This document shows positions 19,552-30,932 of a DNA stretch of 64,000 bases, piece after piece (the stretch's first letter is position 1; each line of letters starts with the position of its first letter). The translations under genes were made by a program, and so were the position numbers. Source of the DNA: an uncultured Gemmatimonadales bacterium (GTDB lineage Bacteria; Gemmatimonadota; Gemmatimonadetes; Gemmatimonadales; Gemmatimonadaceae). Location: assembly GCA_963701965.1 (NCBI GenBank), contig OY969695.1, forward strand, positions 2,848,001 to 2,912,000. Direction: 5' to 3'. The notes under the pieces are model-generated. The model saw only the letters and a list, made by a program, of their open reading frames with translations, had not been told where the DNA came from and ran no database searches.

Positions 19552-20265
19552 ATGTCGAGCAGCGAGCCAGCCCTGAGTTGGACCGGTGAATGGTGGGCGC
19601 CGAAGCCGGAACCCCAACAGCCGGCCGCGCCGCCGCCCGCTGCTCCCGCCGCTCCCGCTGCCCGGCAACCCTGGCGCGCGCTGACGTACGCCGAGCGCAA
19701 TCCGTGGGCGGGACGCGTCGACACGCTGGAAGCGATGGACGCCATTCGGAACGGCGACGAGAACGCCTACGAAGCAATGTTCAAGGAGTTCTATCGGTCG
19801 TTGTGTTCGTTCGCCTATCGCTATGTGCGCTCGCCGGAGTTGGCCGAGGAGGTCGTGCAGGAAGTTCTGGGCGCGCTGTGGCTCCGGCGCGAGGACATCA
19901 CGGTGCGGGTCAGCGTCAAATCTTATCTCTACGGTGCCGTGCGTTACCGCGCGCTCAACGTCGTGGCCCGGAATCGCATCGAAGCGACGTGGCTGGCGCA
20001 GGCGTTGCAGAATGGCGCGCCGGCGATCGCCACGGAGCGCGCCGCCGACGAGCAATTTGTGCTCGAGGAGAGATCGGCCGCCGTGGGGAAGGCCGTCCAC
20101 GACTTGCCGCAGAAGCGGCGCGCGGTCTTCGTACTGCGCTCGTCGACGCAAATGAGCTACGCGGAGATCGCCGAGGTGTTGCACACGTCCGTGAAGAATG
20201 TCGAGGTGCAATTGCGTCGCGCGACGCACTCGCTGCGAGCGGCGTTGCCACAGCACGCGGAGTGA
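19552..20265 (+). CDS. ECF sigma-70 factor (FecI-like)
   Basis: AYEAMFKEFYRSLCSFAYRYV...AEEVVQEV...KSYLYGAV...MSYAEIAEVL. Confidence 0.9.
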   Translation: MSSSEPALSWTGEWWAPKPEPQQPAAPPPAAPAAPAARQPWRALTYAERNPWAGRVDTLEAMDAIRNGDENAYEAMFKEFYRSLCSFAYRYVRSPELAEEVVQEVLGALWLRREDITVRVSVKSYLYGAVRYRALNVVARNRIEATWLAQALQNGAPAIATERAADEQFVLEERSAAVGKAVHDLPQKRRAVFVLRSSTQMSYAEIAEVLHTSVKNVEVQLRRATHSLRAALPQHAE

Positions 20266-20348
20266 ATCAGTACTGTAGGGTTTGTTCGGGGTGGCCGGTC
20301 CGGGGTACGAATTATGTCGCCCGCGACTGACACCACCCCGGATAACGG

Positions 20349-21440
20349 ATGGAGATTCCCAACGACATCGACTGGGCTCTGATCGCGAAGTATCTGGCTG
20401 GTGATGCCACATCCGCCGAGATCGAGAGAGTCGAGCAGTGGGCCGCGGCCGATCCCCGCCACGCCGCCGAGCTTGACGCGATACGCAATGACGCGATACG
20501 CAATGACGCGGTACGCGAGCGCACGGCCGACGCCGGCGCCGAGCCACTTCCCCAATTCGACGTCGAGGCCGCGTGGGCCAAGAGCCCGGTCGCGCGCGAA
20601 CGCGCATCGGCCCCGCGGATTCGTCTGCTCGGTCATACGCGGGTCCGGCGGTCGCGCGTGGCCGTCGCCGCCTCGTGGCTCGCGGCCGCGGGCATCATCG
20701 TCGCCATCCCGTTCATCTGGAATATCGTGCGGGCGCGGCGCGCCGAGTTGTCCCAGCAGGCGAGCGCCGACGACACGATCTACGAGACCCACAAAGGCGA
20801 GCGGAGCCGCATCCAGCTGTCCGACGGCACGACGATCGCGATGGCCGCCGACACCCGGCTTCGCGTCTCGTCGCGCTACGGCGATCTCCGGCGCGATGTG
20901 TTCCTCACTGGTGAGGCGCTGTTCGACGTCACGCACGACGCGGCGCGGCCATTCGCAGTCCACGTGGGCGATCTCGTGGCCCAGGACCTCGGCACCCAGT
21001 TTGGCGTCCGGGCGTATGCCGGCAAGAGACTCCAGATCGTCGTCGCCAAAGGCGCGGTCTCACTCGGCGCCGACAAGAGCCGCGCGCCACGCCCCGGCGC
21101 GCCCGCCCTGCCGGATCTGCCGCCCGTCCGCCTGGCGCCCGGCGATCTCGGGCAGCTGGACTCGACCGGACACATCACGTTGCAGCATGACGTCGACGTC
21201 ACCCGATACCTGGGCTGGACCGAAGGGCGCCTCTCGTACCAACTGGCGCCGCTGAGCGAGATCATCGCCGATCTCGATCGCTGGTACGACGTCGACATCC
21301 GCCTCGCCGATTCGTCGGCTGGCACCACCCGGGTCACCATGTCGGCGACGGGTAAGTCGATCGACAATGTCATGACCGTGCTGGGGGCCGCCCTCGCGCT
21401 CCACGTCGAGCGCCACGGCCGCGTCTTCACAATGCACTAG
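20349..21440 (+). CDS. FecR-family anti-sigma factor
   Basis: LIAKYLAG N-terminus, TM, LSDGT, GEALFDVTHD, DLGTQFGV, LDRWYDVDI. Confidence 0.9.
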   Translation: MEIPNDIDWALIAKYLAGDATSAEIERVEQWAAADPRHAAELDAIRNDAIRNDAVRERTADAGAEPLPQFDVEAAWAKSPVARERASAPRIRLLGHTRVRRSRVAVAASWLAAAGIIVAIPFIWNIVRARRAELSQQASADDTIYETHKGERSRIQLSDGTTIAMAADTRLRVSSRYGDLRRDVFLTGEALFDVTHDAARPFAVHVGDLVAQDLGTQFGVRAYAGKRLQIVVAKGAVSLGADKSRAPRPGAPALPDLPPVRLAPGDLGQLDSTGHITLQHDVDVTRYLGWTEGRLSYQLAPLSEIIADLDRWYDVDIRLADSSAGTTRVTMSATGKSIDNVMTVLGAALALHVERHGRVFTMH

Positions 21441-21450
21441 TATTCGCGGC

Positions 21451-22632
21451 GTGTCCGTCACGCCGCTGCCCGTCACCCGGAGCACGCTCGCCCGTTTTCT
21501 CGTGGAGACCCTCGATCTGGCCGCCAAGCGGCCGGGCGGGACTCCCGACGATGTGTTGGACGAGATCCGCCGGTTGGAGTGCGTGCAAATCGATCCCGTG
21601 GCCGCGGTCGAACGCAACCAACATCTGGCGCTGCACGCCCGGCTCCGGACCTATGCCCCGGCCACACTCGGCGCCCTGCTGGAGCGCGCGCAGGTCTTCG
21701 AGGGCATCGCCAATGCCGCGTGCGTGATCCCCATCGAGGACTATCCGATCTTCGCCGGCACCCGGCGCCGCCGTCTGGCCGGTCTGGCGCGCGCGCTGGC
21801 CGATCTCGACCCGATCGTGCGCCACGTGCGGACGACGCTCGCCGAACGCGGTCCCCAACCGGCGCGGTCGTTCGAGTCCGCGCATCGGGTGCGCGGGTAT
21901 TGGAACGTCGGGACCGCCACGACCAAGGCCACGTCGCACGCCCTCACCCTGCTGCTCGACGCGGGAGAGGTGATCGTCGTCCGCCGCGACGGCAATACGC
22001 GGTGGTTCGATCTGCCCGAGCACGCCCTGCCGCCGGCGCTGTTCGATGCCGCGCAGCGCATCCCGACGCCCGACGCCGACGAGGCCCTCCTCCAGAAATA
22101 CTTGCGGGCGCTCCGGGTGTGCGACGCCGGAGACTTTCGCTTCGGATGGCGGGCCATGCCGGCCGCCGAGCGCGTCGCCCGGTTGGAGCAGATGGCCGGG
22201 GAGGGGCACATCGTGCCCTTAGCGGTGCGCGATGTGAAGCGCCGCTACTACGTCCTCGCTTCCGATGCCGAAGTCCTGGAGCGCCCGCGCCGCGGCGCCG
22301 GCGCCGGCGGCCTGCGCTTTCTGCCGCCGCTCGACAACCTGCTGTGGCGCCGCAGCCGTCTCGCCGACCTGTTTCGGTTCGACTACACGTGGGAGGTGTA
22401 TCTCCCGGCCGCCAAACGCCGGTACGGCTACTACGCCATGCCGATACTGTTCAACGGCCGCCTCATCGGCCGCATGGACCCCAACCTCGATCGCGAACGC
22501 GGTCGCATGACGGTGAAAGTGCATCTCGAGCCCGATGTCGCGGCCACCGAACGGCTGCGGTCGGCACTGCGTCGGTCCCTCGCCGCCTTCGCGGAGTGGC
22601 ATGGCGCCGACCTCGTTAAGTTGCGGTCATGA
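21451..22632 (+). CDS. YcaQ/AlkZ-like winged-helix DNA glycosylase family protein
   Basis: VQIDPV (QxD), LPPLDNLLW, DYTWEVYLPAAKRRYGYYAMPIL. Confidence 0.85.
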   Translation: MSVTPLPVTRSTLARFLVETLDLAAKRPGGTPDDVLDEIRRLECVQIDPVAAVERNQHLALHARLRTYAPATLGALLERAQVFEGIANAACVIPIEDYPIFAGTRRRRLAGLARALADLDPIVRHVRTTLAERGPQPARSFESAHRVRGYWNVGTATTKATSHALTLLLDAGEVIVVRRDGNTRWFDLPEHALPPALFDAAQRIPTPDADEALLQKYLRALRVCDAGDFRFGWRAMPAAERVARLEQMAGEGHIVPLAVRDVKRRYYVLASDAEVLERPRRGAGAGGLRFLPPLDNLLWRRSRLADLFRFDYTWEVYLPAAKRRYGYYAMPILFNGRLIGRMDPNLDRERGRMTVKVHLEPDVAATERLRSALRRSLAAFAEWHGADLVKLRS

Positions 22633-23897
22633 CGACCGCCGCCGCGCCCGCGCCGACCCGTGCCGCGGGCGTCGTGTCCTCTCCCACGCAGGGGGCCCGG
22701 CTCGACGCGATCGATCTCCTGCGCGGCATCGTGATGGTCGTGATGGCGCTCGACCACACGCGGGACTTCGCGCTCAACTGGACCCTGTTTCACAGCGCGA
22801 CCGATCCGACGTCCACCACACCCGCCATCTTCCTGACGCGCTGGGTGACGCATTTCTGCGCGCCGGTGTTCGTGCTCCTCGCCGGCACCGGCATCTCGCT
22901 CCAACAGCAGCGCGGCAAGTCGATCGGCGCGCTCTCCCGGTTTCTGGTGACGCGCGGACTCTGGCTCATCCTGCTGGAGTTCACGGTCGTCCGCGCGGGA
23001 TGGCTGTTCGATTTGGATTACGGAAAGCTCTTTGGATTTTTCCAGGTGATCTGGGCCATCGGGTTTTCCATGATCGTCATGGCCGCGCTCATTCGACTCC
23101 CCGCGGCGACCGTGGGCGTGATCGGGCTCGCGCTGATCAGCTTTCACAATGTGCTCGATCGCGTCGCGCCCGCGACGTTCTGGCGCCCCGGGCTGCCCGA
23201 GCCCAGCCGGTGGAGTGAGATCTGGTCGGTGCTGCACGGGGCCGGCCTCATTCCCCTCGGCCACCCGTTCCCGCTGGCGCTCACCGGGTACGGCCTCATC
23301 CCGTGGCTGGGCGTCATGTGCGCCGGCTACGCGCTCGGCATGGTGTACAGTTGGCAGCCGGAGGCGCGGCGTCGCGTCCTGCTGCGCGCGGGCCTGGCGG
23401 TCACCGCGGCATTCATCGCGATCCGGCTCGCCAACAATTACGGCGATCCGGCGCCGTGGAGCGTGCAACACACGCCGGTCTTTACGGTGCTGTCGTTTCT
23501 CAACACCACCAAGTACCCGCCGTCGCTCGATTACCTGCTCATGACGCTCGGCCCTGCCCTCATCGCGTTGGCCTGGTTCGACCGCATCCGCGAGCCTGCG
23601 TTTGCCGTGCGGGCGCTCATCACGTTCGGTCGCGTGCCAATGTTCTTCTATCTCCTGCAATGGCCCGCCACGCACGGTCTCAGCTTGCTGGCGGGCGTCC
23701 TCGCCCACAAGCCCACGGCCTATCTCATCGGCACGCCGGCCTTCTCATCCCAGGGCATCGATCCGCAGTCCGGCTTTGGACTCGGCACGACGTATCTCAT
23801 CTGGATCACGGTGATCGTGATCCTGTATCCGTTGTGCGCGTGGTACGCTGGCGTCAAGCGCCGGCATCGCGACTGGTGGTGGCTCAGCTATTTGTGA
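22629..23897 (+). CDS. DUF1624 / HGSNAT-like membrane protein
   Basis: IDLLRGIVMVVMALDHTRD, TRWVTHFCAPVF, KYPPSL. Confidence 0.88.
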   Translation: MTTAAAPAPTRAAGVVSSPTQGARLDAIDLLRGIVMVVMALDHTRDFALNWTLFHSATDPTSTTPAIFLTRWVTHFCAPVFVLLAGTGISLQQQRGKSIGALSRFLVTRGLWLILLEFTVVRAGWLFDLDYGKLFGFFQVIWAIGFSMIVMAALIRLPAATVGVIGLALISFHNVLDRVAPATFWRPGLPEPSRWSEIWSVLHGAGLIPLGHPFPLALTGYGLIPWLGVMCAGYALGMVYSWQPEARRRVLLRAGLAVTAAFIAIRLANNYGDPAPWSVQHTPVFTVLSFLNTTKYPPSLDYLLMTLGPALIALAWFDRIREPAFAVRALITFGRVPMFFYLLQWPATHGLSLLAGVLAHKPTAYLIGTPAFSSQGIDPQSGFGLGTTYLIWITVIVILYPLCAWYAGVKRRHRDWWWLSYL

Positions 23898-23967
23898 GTC
23901 GGCGCTCCAACGTGCGGTGCGAGCCGGGTGTATCCCGGTAGGACACTTCATGAGGAGTAGCGACCGA

Positions 23968-24333
23968 ATGCGCACCATACGCTGGCTCGCCGTCATGATC
24001 GGCGCAGCCTTGTTGATTCCAGGAGCGGCCGCGCACGCGCAAGGGAGAGGAATGGGTGGCGGCGGCGGCCGCCGTCCCGACTTGTTGCAAGGGATCACGT
24101 TGACGGACGCGCAGAAGACGTCCGTCGACTCGATCCATACCGCGTATCGATCGCAGTTCGAGGCCCTCGGCCAGCCCGGGCCCGACACCCGCGATCAGCG
24201 GCGGCAGCTGTTCCAGAAGGAGAACGCCGATATTCGCGGGCTGCTCACGCCGGATCAGCAGACGCAGTTCGACAAGAACCTCGCCGACGCCCAATCCCGC
24301 ATGCAATCGCGCGCCGGTGGCGGCAACACCTAG
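23968..24333 (+). CDS. Secreted Spy/CpxP-like helical protein
   Basis: Signal peptide ending AHAQ; LTDAQK and LLTPDQQ (LTxxQ motifs); GAGGAG RBS. Confidence 0.75.
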   Translation: MRTIRWLAVMIGAALLIPGAAAHAQGRGMGGGGGRRPDLLQGITLTDAQKTSVDSIHTAYRSQFEALGQPGPDTRDQRRQLFQKENADIRGLLTPDQQTQFDKNLADAQSRMQSRAGGGNT

Positions 24334-24345
24334 CAGAAAACGATC

Positions 24346-24372
24346 GCGGGGCCAGTCTTTGACTGGCCCCGC
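24346..24372. terminator. Hairpin between convergent genes
   Basis: GCGGGGCCAGTC-TTT-GACTGGCCCCGC perfect 12-bp stem. Confidence 0.75.
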
Positions 24373-24384
24373 TCGTCGTCGCGC

Positions 24385-24699
24385 TTAGCGCCAGCGCCCC
24401 TCGACCCAGAAATATCCCCGCGGCTCGCGGTCCCAGTGACCGGGGACCCATTCGCGCCGGCCGCGCGGCGGCAGCGCCCAGTAGCCACGCACCCACTCGT
24501 AGTGGCCACCGACCCACTGATGATGGCCGGCGATCCAGTAGTGGCCCGGACTTGGACGCGCCGGGGCCGTCTCCACCACTTCGACGGGCGGTCTCACGTT
24601 CACGAACACCCGCGCCTCGACCTGCGCGCTGGCGCGCGGCGCGGAGGCCGCGAGCATGATGCCGGCCAGCGCAACCGCTGGCAGATATTTCTTTAACAT
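24385..24699 (-). CDS. Secreted YXWGXW-repeat protein
   Basis: Signal peptide; YWIAGH, YEWVRGYW, WVPGHW, YFWVEGRW. Confidence 0.88.
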   Translation of the reverse strand: MLKKYLPAVALAGIMLAASAPRASAQVEARVFVNVRPPVEVVETAPARPSPGHYWIAGHHQWVGGHYEWVRGYWALPPRGRREWVPGHWDREPRGYFWVEGRWR

Positions 24700-24759
24700 A
24701 GGTCCCCCATTCGGTTCGTGTTGCTCGTCACGTATTGGACGAGCGAACCAGGGCCGGCG

Positions 24760-26517
24760 TTAATGCCCGGCCGCGAGCCGCCGGAATCGGGGGATGGCGC
24801 GCAACTGGTCGAATACCGGGTCAACGCGAAGCCAGCCTGGCGACAGCAACGCGGGACCTTTGAGCAAACTCTCAATGAGATCGAGCGCTTTGTCCCGCGC
24901 GCCAATGCGCAGGTAGATCCGGGCCAACGTCTGCTGGTACGTCGGTCCTTGCCAGGTGTTTTCCGGCGGCGGCGCCAGCGTCACGGCGCGCTCGCCTTCG
25001 CGCGCCGCGTCGTTCGTGCGGCCAAGGTAGGCCAGGGCCAGCCCGTACTCGGCGTGCAGCGCGGGTGACTCCGGCGCGGCGCGGAGCGCTCCTTCGAGTT
25101 GGCCGCGCGCCGAGTCCGCGAACGCGCGCATGCGCGCGCTGTCGCCGAGCAGCATCGCGTCCGCCGCGATGGCGCTGGCCCAGGCGGCGCGGTTGCCGCC
25201 GAACGCGCGCGGTCCGAGCGTGGTCACGTAGCGCCAGGTCGTCGAGTCCATCACCGCGATCGCGCCGAGCACGCCGCTGGCATAGGCGTAGAGCGCCGCC
25301 GAGTCCGTGACCTGCGCGCCAGCGCGGAGTACCGCGCGCGCCGCCTCGCGGTCGCCGGCGCAGAGCTCCACGAGCGCGCGGTCGACGATGGCGTCCGCGC
25401 TGCCGGGCGCGCGGGCGAGCGCCAGGTCCAACGCCTGGCGCGCCTCGGGGTACCGGCGTAGCCGGAGCAGCGTCGTCCCCCGCACCCGCGCCGCCGCGCT
25501 GCCGAACGGCTCCATCCGTTCGGCCTGGTCGAGCCGCGCCAATGCTTGCTCCCAATGGCCCACACTGCGGAGCGTCTGCGCGCTCGCCACCAGGATCTCG
25601 GCGTCGTTCGGCGCGTACCGCAGCGCGGCCTCGTACTCGCGCAGCGCCGCGTCGTTGTCGCCGGCGATCGTGGCATCGTACAAAGCCATGGCGCCGTGCG
25701 CCGGCCCCAAAGTTGGCGCGATCGCCAGGGCGCGCTCGGCGTCCTTGTGCGCGGCCCGGGCCAGCGCGGAGTCGGCGCGGCCGCGCGCCACCCATAGCGC
25801 GCTCAGCGTGGTACTGAGTCTGGCCCACGCCAGCGCGAACGCGGGATCGACGGCGACCGCGCGCTCATAGGCCGCGATCGCGCGGCGCGGGTCGGTCGTG
25901 GATTGTCCTTTGACATATCCCTCCCACGCGTCGAGACTCGACGTCGGCGTCGCGTCGATCGCGCCGCGGTCGCCGGGGTCGAGCGTGACGCCAAGTGCGC
26001 TCGCGACCTTGGTGGCGATCGACGCCTGGATCGCGAACACGTCGGCGACGCGCGCGCTGTACGGCGCCGACCACGTCTCGCCGGCGCTGGCGGCATCGAA
26101 CAGCTCCGGCTCGACGGCCAATCGTCCGCCGGCGCGCTGCACGCGGCCCCGCAGCAGGTAGCGCACGTGCAGCGCCCGGCCGATCGCCGCCGGCGTTTCC
26201 TCGCTGTGGCCGTAGCGGGCCGCGCTCGCCGGCGCAATCACCTCGATGCCCGGCACGGCGGCGAGCTTCGTCCGGAGACCGTCCGTCATCCCATCGGCGA
26301 GATACGCATCCGTCGAGTCGCCGGTATTGTCGAATGGGAGCACCGCGAGCCGCGCGGGCGCGGCGGCGCGCGGCATCGAGATCGAGCGGTTGTGCCAGGC
26401 GTTGGTGAGACCGGCGCCCACGAGCACCGCCACCAGGGTGCCGGCAATGGCGATCGCCGCCGGCACGCGCCGGCGGGTCGGGGTGAGACTCAGGGGCACT
26501 TCAGGCGCGTCGGTCAT
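24760..26517 (-). CDS. Membrane-anchored TolB-like/TPR protein
   Basis: TM, LAVLPFDN...YLADGMTD, then multiple TPRs, WLRVDPVFDQLR. Confidence 0.82.
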   Translation of the reverse strand: MTDAPEVPLSLTPTRRRVPAAIAIAGTLVAVLVGAGLTNAWHNRSISMPRAAAPARLAVLPFDNTGDSTDAYLADGMTDGLRTKLAAVPGIEVIAPASAARYGHSEETPAAIGRALHVRYLLRGRVQRAGGRLAVEPELFDAASAGETWSAPYSARVADVFAIQASIATKVASALGVTLDPGDRGAIDATPTSSLDAWEGYVKGQSTTDPRRAIAAYERAVAVDPAFALAWARLSTTLSALWVARGRADSALARAAHKDAERALAIAPTLGPAHGAMALYDATIAGDNDAALREYEAALRYAPNDAEILVASAQTLRSVGHWEQALARLDQAERMEPFGSAAARVRGTTLLRLRRYPEARQALDLALARAPGSADAIVDRALVELCAGDREAARAVLRAGAQVTDSAALYAYASGVLGAIAVMDSTTWRYVTTLGPRAFGGNRAAWASAIAADAMLLGDSARMRAFADSARGQLEGALRAAPESPALHAEYGLALAYLGRTNDAAREGERAVTLAPPPENTWQGPTYQQTLARIYLRIGARDKALDLIESLLKGPALLSPGWLRVDPVFDQLRAIPRFRRLAAGH

Positions 26518-26576
26518 CCAGGCCCACACACTGTGGGCCGGCGACCTCGACCGTCAAGGCCGAACGTCAAAGCCGA

Positions 26577-28625
26577 CTAATGCACAGCCAATGCGCTGAC
26601 CCCGTCCGGCGCCAGTGGCTCGTTCCAGATCCAGTGTCCGAACCAGCGCAGGTTTTCCTCCATGACCGAGCGCTGTTGTTTCGGCTTGTCGATCGGGTGC
26701 CCAAACCCCGGGTAGACGACCATCCGGACCGGCACGCCCTTGTCGCGCAACGCCTGATAGAGCTCGAATCCATTGGGGAGAGGAACGCGCCGGTCGCTGC
26801 CGCCATGCTGAATGAGCGTGGGCGTCCGCGCCGCCTTGACGTACGTGATGGGCGAAGTCTTCCGGTAGATCTCGGGATCATCCCACGGCGTGGCATGGAG
26901 ATACTGCCGCGTGAACGGATGGATGTCGGTATTGACGTAGTACGTCATCCAGTCCGAGATCCCGGCCCCCACGGAGACGGCGCGGAACCGGTCGCTCGAC
27001 GCGGTAATGAATGCCGAGATGTACCCCCCTTCGCTCCACCCCATCGCGCCGACGCGGGACCGGTCGACGTAGCCTTTGGCGATCAGGTAGTCGACGCCCG
27101 AGATCACGTCGGCGTAGTCACCGATCCCCAGATTGCGGACGTTGAGCGCGCGAAATTTCGCGCCATAGCCCGCCGAGCCCCGATAGTTGGGCCGGAGGAT
27201 GAGCGCGCCTTTGGCGACGAAGTCTTCCATCGGGTAATAGCGGTCCGCGCCCAGCGACGCGCGGTCGACGCCGGTCGGTCCGCCGTGGATCACGACCAGG
27301 AGCGGATATTTCTTCGACGGGTCGAAGTCGGGCGGCGTATACAGTACGCCTTCGATGCGCGCGCCGTCGGTCGAAGACCATTGCACGAGCTGGCGGCGCG
27401 CGGAATGGAACGGCTTGAGCTGGTCGCCCATCGCCGTGAGTGTCACCGGCGCGAACGTGTTCGTCAGTGAGACTTGGACTTCCGGATAGGCATTGTCCAA
27501 CGCGCCGACGAACGCCACGGCGGGCGCGTTCCGGGCGAAGGAGAACTGCGTGGCGCCGAGCGAGTCCGGTTGCGTCACGCGGTCGATCGTACCGGCGCGC
27601 GGGTCGAGGCGGAACAGGTGCGAGTACGTGCGCTGCTGCGCCCCGAAATAGATCCCGTCCCTGTTCCACGCGACAAGGAACGGATCCTCGTCGAAGTGCT
27701 CCGTGAGCAGGCGCGGGATACCACCGTTGCTGGAGACCACCGCAATGAAGGAGTTCGTGTAGTAGTAGTACGGGTTTCCGTTGGCGGTAGAGAACGCGAT
27801 CTCGGCGCCGTCCGGCGACCAGAGCGGATTTTGGTTCGGGCCCGGCCCGTCGACGATTTTCTTGACGGAGCGATCGGCGACGGTGACGACGTAGATCGTC
27901 GCCGTATTGGACGAGCCCAGGTCGGGATCGTGCTGCGCCGTGAACGCGATCCGGTTGCCGTCCGGGGACCAGGCGAACGATCCCACGGTGAGGCTATCCC
28001 CCTCCGTGAGGCGCCGCGCCGCGGGCGCGGCCGATGGGGCATCGGTGGCCGGCACGTCGACGAGCCAGATGTGCGTCATCTGATAGTCGGCACCGACGAT
28101 CTGGATGTCGCCGTAGGTGCTGTCGCGGTCCTTTCGCGTCTTCGATTTGGGATCGCGCGAGGCGAACGCGATCGTGCGTCCATCCGGCGACCACTCGAAG
28201 TCCACGACGCCGGTCTCGTGTCGCGTGAGCTCGCGCGCTTCGCCACCGCCTGGGGCGATAATGTAGATCTGCGTCGAGTCGTCGAGTTTGCCCCCGGCGC
28301 GCTGCGGCGGGCGGTTGGAGAGGAAGGCGATCCATTTCCCGTCGGGGGACCACCGCGCGTTGTCGCTCGAGCCTTTGCTGTCGGTGAGTCGAGTGCGGCG
28401 GGTACCCGCTGCGTCCGTGAGCCAGAGATCGCGCTCGAACGCGTTGGCATCCCAGTTCGTGCGGCTCACCTCGTAGGCCACCCACTTGCCATCGGGCGAG
28501 ATGCGGGGCGACGCGGCGGCGCGCATCTCCAGGGATTGATCGATCGTCGGCGCGGACTGCGCGCCGATCCCACCGGCTAAGGTGAGAAGCGCCAACGTGA
28601 TAGCGCCAAATGTCTTGCGGGTCAT
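26577..28625 (-). CDS. S9 family peptidase with PD40 propeller, secreted
   Basis: Signal peptide, WSPDG repeats, IHGGP, NYRGSAGYG, GWSEGG, QHGGSDRRV, GH. Confidence 0.92.
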   Translation of the reverse strand: MTRKTFGAITLALLTLAGGIGAQSAPTIDQSLEMRAAASPRISPDGKWVAYEVSRTNWDANAFERDLWLTDAAGTRRTRLTDSKGSSDNARWSPDGKWIAFLSNRPPQRAGGKLDDSTQIYIIAPGGGEARELTRHETGVVDFEWSPDGRTIAFASRDPKSKTRKDRDSTYGDIQIVGADYQMTHIWLVDVPATDAPSAAPAARRLTEGDSLTVGSFAWSPDGNRIAFTAQHDPDLGSSNTATIYVVTVADRSVKKIVDGPGPNQNPLWSPDGAEIAFSTANGNPYYYYTNSFIAVVSSNGGIPRLLTEHFDEDPFLVAWNRDGIYFGAQQRTYSHLFRLDPRAGTIDRVTQPDSLGATQFSFARNAPAVAFVGALDNAYPEVQVSLTNTFAPVTLTAMGDQLKPFHSARRQLVQWSSTDGARIEGVLYTPPDFDPSKKYPLLVVIHGGPTGVDRASLGADRYYPMEDFVAKGALILRPNYRGSAGYGAKFRALNVRNLGIGDYADVISGVDYLIAKGYVDRSRVGAMGWSEGGYISAFITASSDRFRAVSVGAGISDWMTYYVNTDIHPFTRQYLHATPWDDPEIYRKTSPITYVKAARTPTLIQHGGSDRRVPLPNGFELYQALRDKGVPVRMVVYPGFGHPIDKPKQQRSVMEENLRWFGHWIWNEPLAPDGVSALAVH

Positions 28626-28757
28626 TCACGCCTCGGAAGGTCGGGTAGCCGCCGGGAAGTAACAGCCGTTCTTCCTGGCGCGAAAGTGGGACAGCGGTGC
28701 GCCTCGATACGTTTCTCTTTTGCTGGCCAGCGGGCTCACGTCATCCCAGATTGGAAC

Positions 28758-30932
28758 ATGATCGGTTCTGTGCCCGGTACCCGCCGGGTGTCGGCGCCTG
28801 CCGACGGTGCGCTGTGGGCCGCGGTCGAGGGCTTGGTCGGCGGCGAGTACGAGTTGCACGGCGAGTTGAGCGATGCGCCGGACGGCCGGCGGGTCGTGTA
28901 CGTGGCGACGCGGCGCAACGGAGCGTCCGGTCTCGTGCTCCTCGTGGTCGACCGCTCGCCCGACGTGCCTGTCGGCGCAACCGGGTCGTACGAGTTGACC
29001 GTGCACGATGTGTTGGACGAGACCATTCCGGTGCGCGACACGTTTTGCCGGCATTGCGCGCATCGGCTGGTGACGTGGGCTGCCGCCTGTCCGGCGTGCG
29101 GGCAGAGCACGGCGCTCATGACCGCGATCGCGCGCGCCGAGTGGTCCGAGGCGAGCGCGCGGGCCGCCGTGTCGGCGGCGTTGGGGAGCGAGTGCACGAT
29201 GCTGGGGTCGCTGCCGACGGCGGCGGGCAGCGTGATCGCGATCGCGCGCGACGATCAGGAGGGAGCGGTCGTGGCGATGGCCATCGAGCGGATCGGCGGG
29301 CGTGGTGGCGCTACGCGGGCCGTCCCCGCGGGACGGCTCCGCCACCCCGTCTCTCCGCCGCCTGTGGCGCCGCCATCGTCTGTCCCTGCGCCAGTCGCCC
29401 CCGCGATCGCGCCGCCAGCCGCGGCGCCGCACCGGTCATCGCCGCACAGCGGCGAGATCGGTCCGTTGCCGCCCGCCGATCGCGGTCTTTTGGAGCGCCC
29501 TCTCGTTCTCGTGTGTCCGTCGTGCCGGTCGCGGTACGAGGATGGGTTGAGATTTTGTCCGTCCGACGGGTCGCAGCTCGTGCGGGCGCCCGACGGCAGC
29601 GATCTCGTGGGGCGTGTGCTGGAAGGGAAGTTTCGCGTGGAGAGACTGCTCGGCGAAGGTGGGATGGGCCGCGTGTATTTGGCCGAGCATGTGCGGATCG
29701 GCCGGCGGTGCGCGCTCAAGGTGTTGTCACCCCAGCTCGTCGGCCATCCCGGCGCCATCAAGCGCTTTGGTGGCGAAGCGCGGAACGCGAGCCGCATTGC
29801 GCACCCCAACGTGGCGACCGTCTACGATTTCGAGGAGACCGAAGACGGACTCGTCTACATCGTGCTGGAGTACATCGACGGGGAGACCCTCGGCGCCCTC
29901 CTGGCGCGGGAGCAGCGGCTCGATGCGATGCGCGCCGTGCGCATCGCGCGGGACACCGCCGCGGCGCTCGCGGCCGCGCACGATCTCGGCATCGTCCATC
30001 GCGATCTCAAGCCTGACAACATCATGATCGCAAGGGCCTCGTCGGGCGCCGATGTCGTCAAGGTCGTCGATTTCGGCATCGCCAAGGCGCTGGAGGGGTC
30101 GCAGACCAGTGTGACCATGACCGGCCACGTGGTGGGAACGCCGCGCTACATGAGCCCCGAGCAATTCGCCGGCGCCGGCGTCGATGCGCGCAGCGACATC
30201 TTCTCACTCGGCTGCGTGTTGTACGAGGCCCTCACCGGCCGGCCCGCCTACGATGCGCCGGTCACCACGCAGGCCGGCACCGGGCGCACCGCGCGGCAGC
30301 AGCCCCGGTTTCGGGAGGGGGCGCCGCGGGCGATCGATGCGATCATCACGAAGGCGATGGGTCGCACACCCGAGGTCCGCTACCAGACCGCGCGCGAGAT
30401 GTCCGACGCGCTGGACGCGGTGTTGGCGCACGCGGCCCGGAAGGCGCGCGCGGGGCAGCGCGCGCTCGCGCTCCGCATCGCGGGCGCCGCGGCCGCGGTA
30501 CTGATCGTGGGAATGGGCACTGTGTTCGTCGCGCGGCGGGTGGGCTCGCGCGATACGGTGACCGCGTCCGCTGGCGTCGTCGAGATGCCCACGATCGCGG
30601 CGGCGGGGCCAATGGGGCCCAACGCCTACCTGCGCCGCGTCGAGACCATCGTGCGCGATGTCTGGCGCCAATCCCGCTCGGCGACGCCATCGGCGTCGGA
30701 GAGCGCCGACTACACGATCGCCGTCGATGAGACGGGCCGCGTCGTCGATGTGCGCTCCGTCCGCGCGTCCGATGCCGCCTACTCGGCGCCGATCGCGGCC
30801 GCGATCCAGCACCTCGCCGGATTCGGGCCGCCGCCCGCGGCGCTGGGGCGCGCGCCGGGCGACGTCCTCCGGATCGATCTCCACTTTGGCGGCGTGACCG
30901 TCAGCGCATCGCCCGCGGCGGAAGATCGCTGA
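28758..30932 (+). CDS. Hanks-type Ser/Thr kinase with N-terminal zinc-ribbon motifs, TM and C-terminal extracytoplasmic domain; start uncertain
   Basis: [50 protein letters not shown]. Confidence 0.9.
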   Translation: MIGSVPGTRRVSAPADGALWAAVEGLVGGEYELHGELSDAPDGRRVVYVATRRNGASGLVLLVVDRSPDVPVGATGSYELTVHDVLDETIPVRDTFCRHCAHRLVTWAAACPACGQSTALMTAIARAEWSEASARAAVSAALGSECTMLGSLPTAAGSVIAIARDDQEGAVVAMAIERIGGRGGATRAVPAGRLRHPVSPPPVAPPSSVPAPVAPAIAPPAAAPHRSSPHSGEIGPLPPADRGLLERPLVLVCPSCRSRYEDGLRFCPSDGSQLVRAPDGSDLVGRVLEGKFRVERLLGEGGMGRVYLAEHVRIGRRCALKVLSPQLVGHPGAIKRFGGEARNASRIAHPNVATVYDFEETEDGLVYIVLEYIDGETLGALLAREQRLDAMRAVRIARDTAAALAAAHDLGIVHRDLKPDNIMIARASSGADVVKVVDFGIAKALEGSQTSVTMTGHVVGTPRYMSPEQFAGAGVDARSDIFSLGCVLYEALTGRPAYDAPVTTQAGTGRTARQQPRFREGAPRAIDAIITKAMGRTPEVRYQTAREMSDALDAVLAHAARKARAGQRALALRIAGAAAAVLIVGMGTVFVARRVGSRDTVTASAGVVEMPTIAAAGPMGPNAYLRRVETIVRDVWRQSRSATPSASESADYTIAVDETGRVVDVRSVRASDAAYSAPIAAAIQHLAGFGPPPAALGRAPGDVLRIDLHFGGVTVSASPAAEDR

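Noticed and set aside
20477..20520. Short 15-bp repeat in fecR (DAIRN-DAIRN-DAVR)
   Set aside because: Only about three copies, in frame; a minor slippage event.
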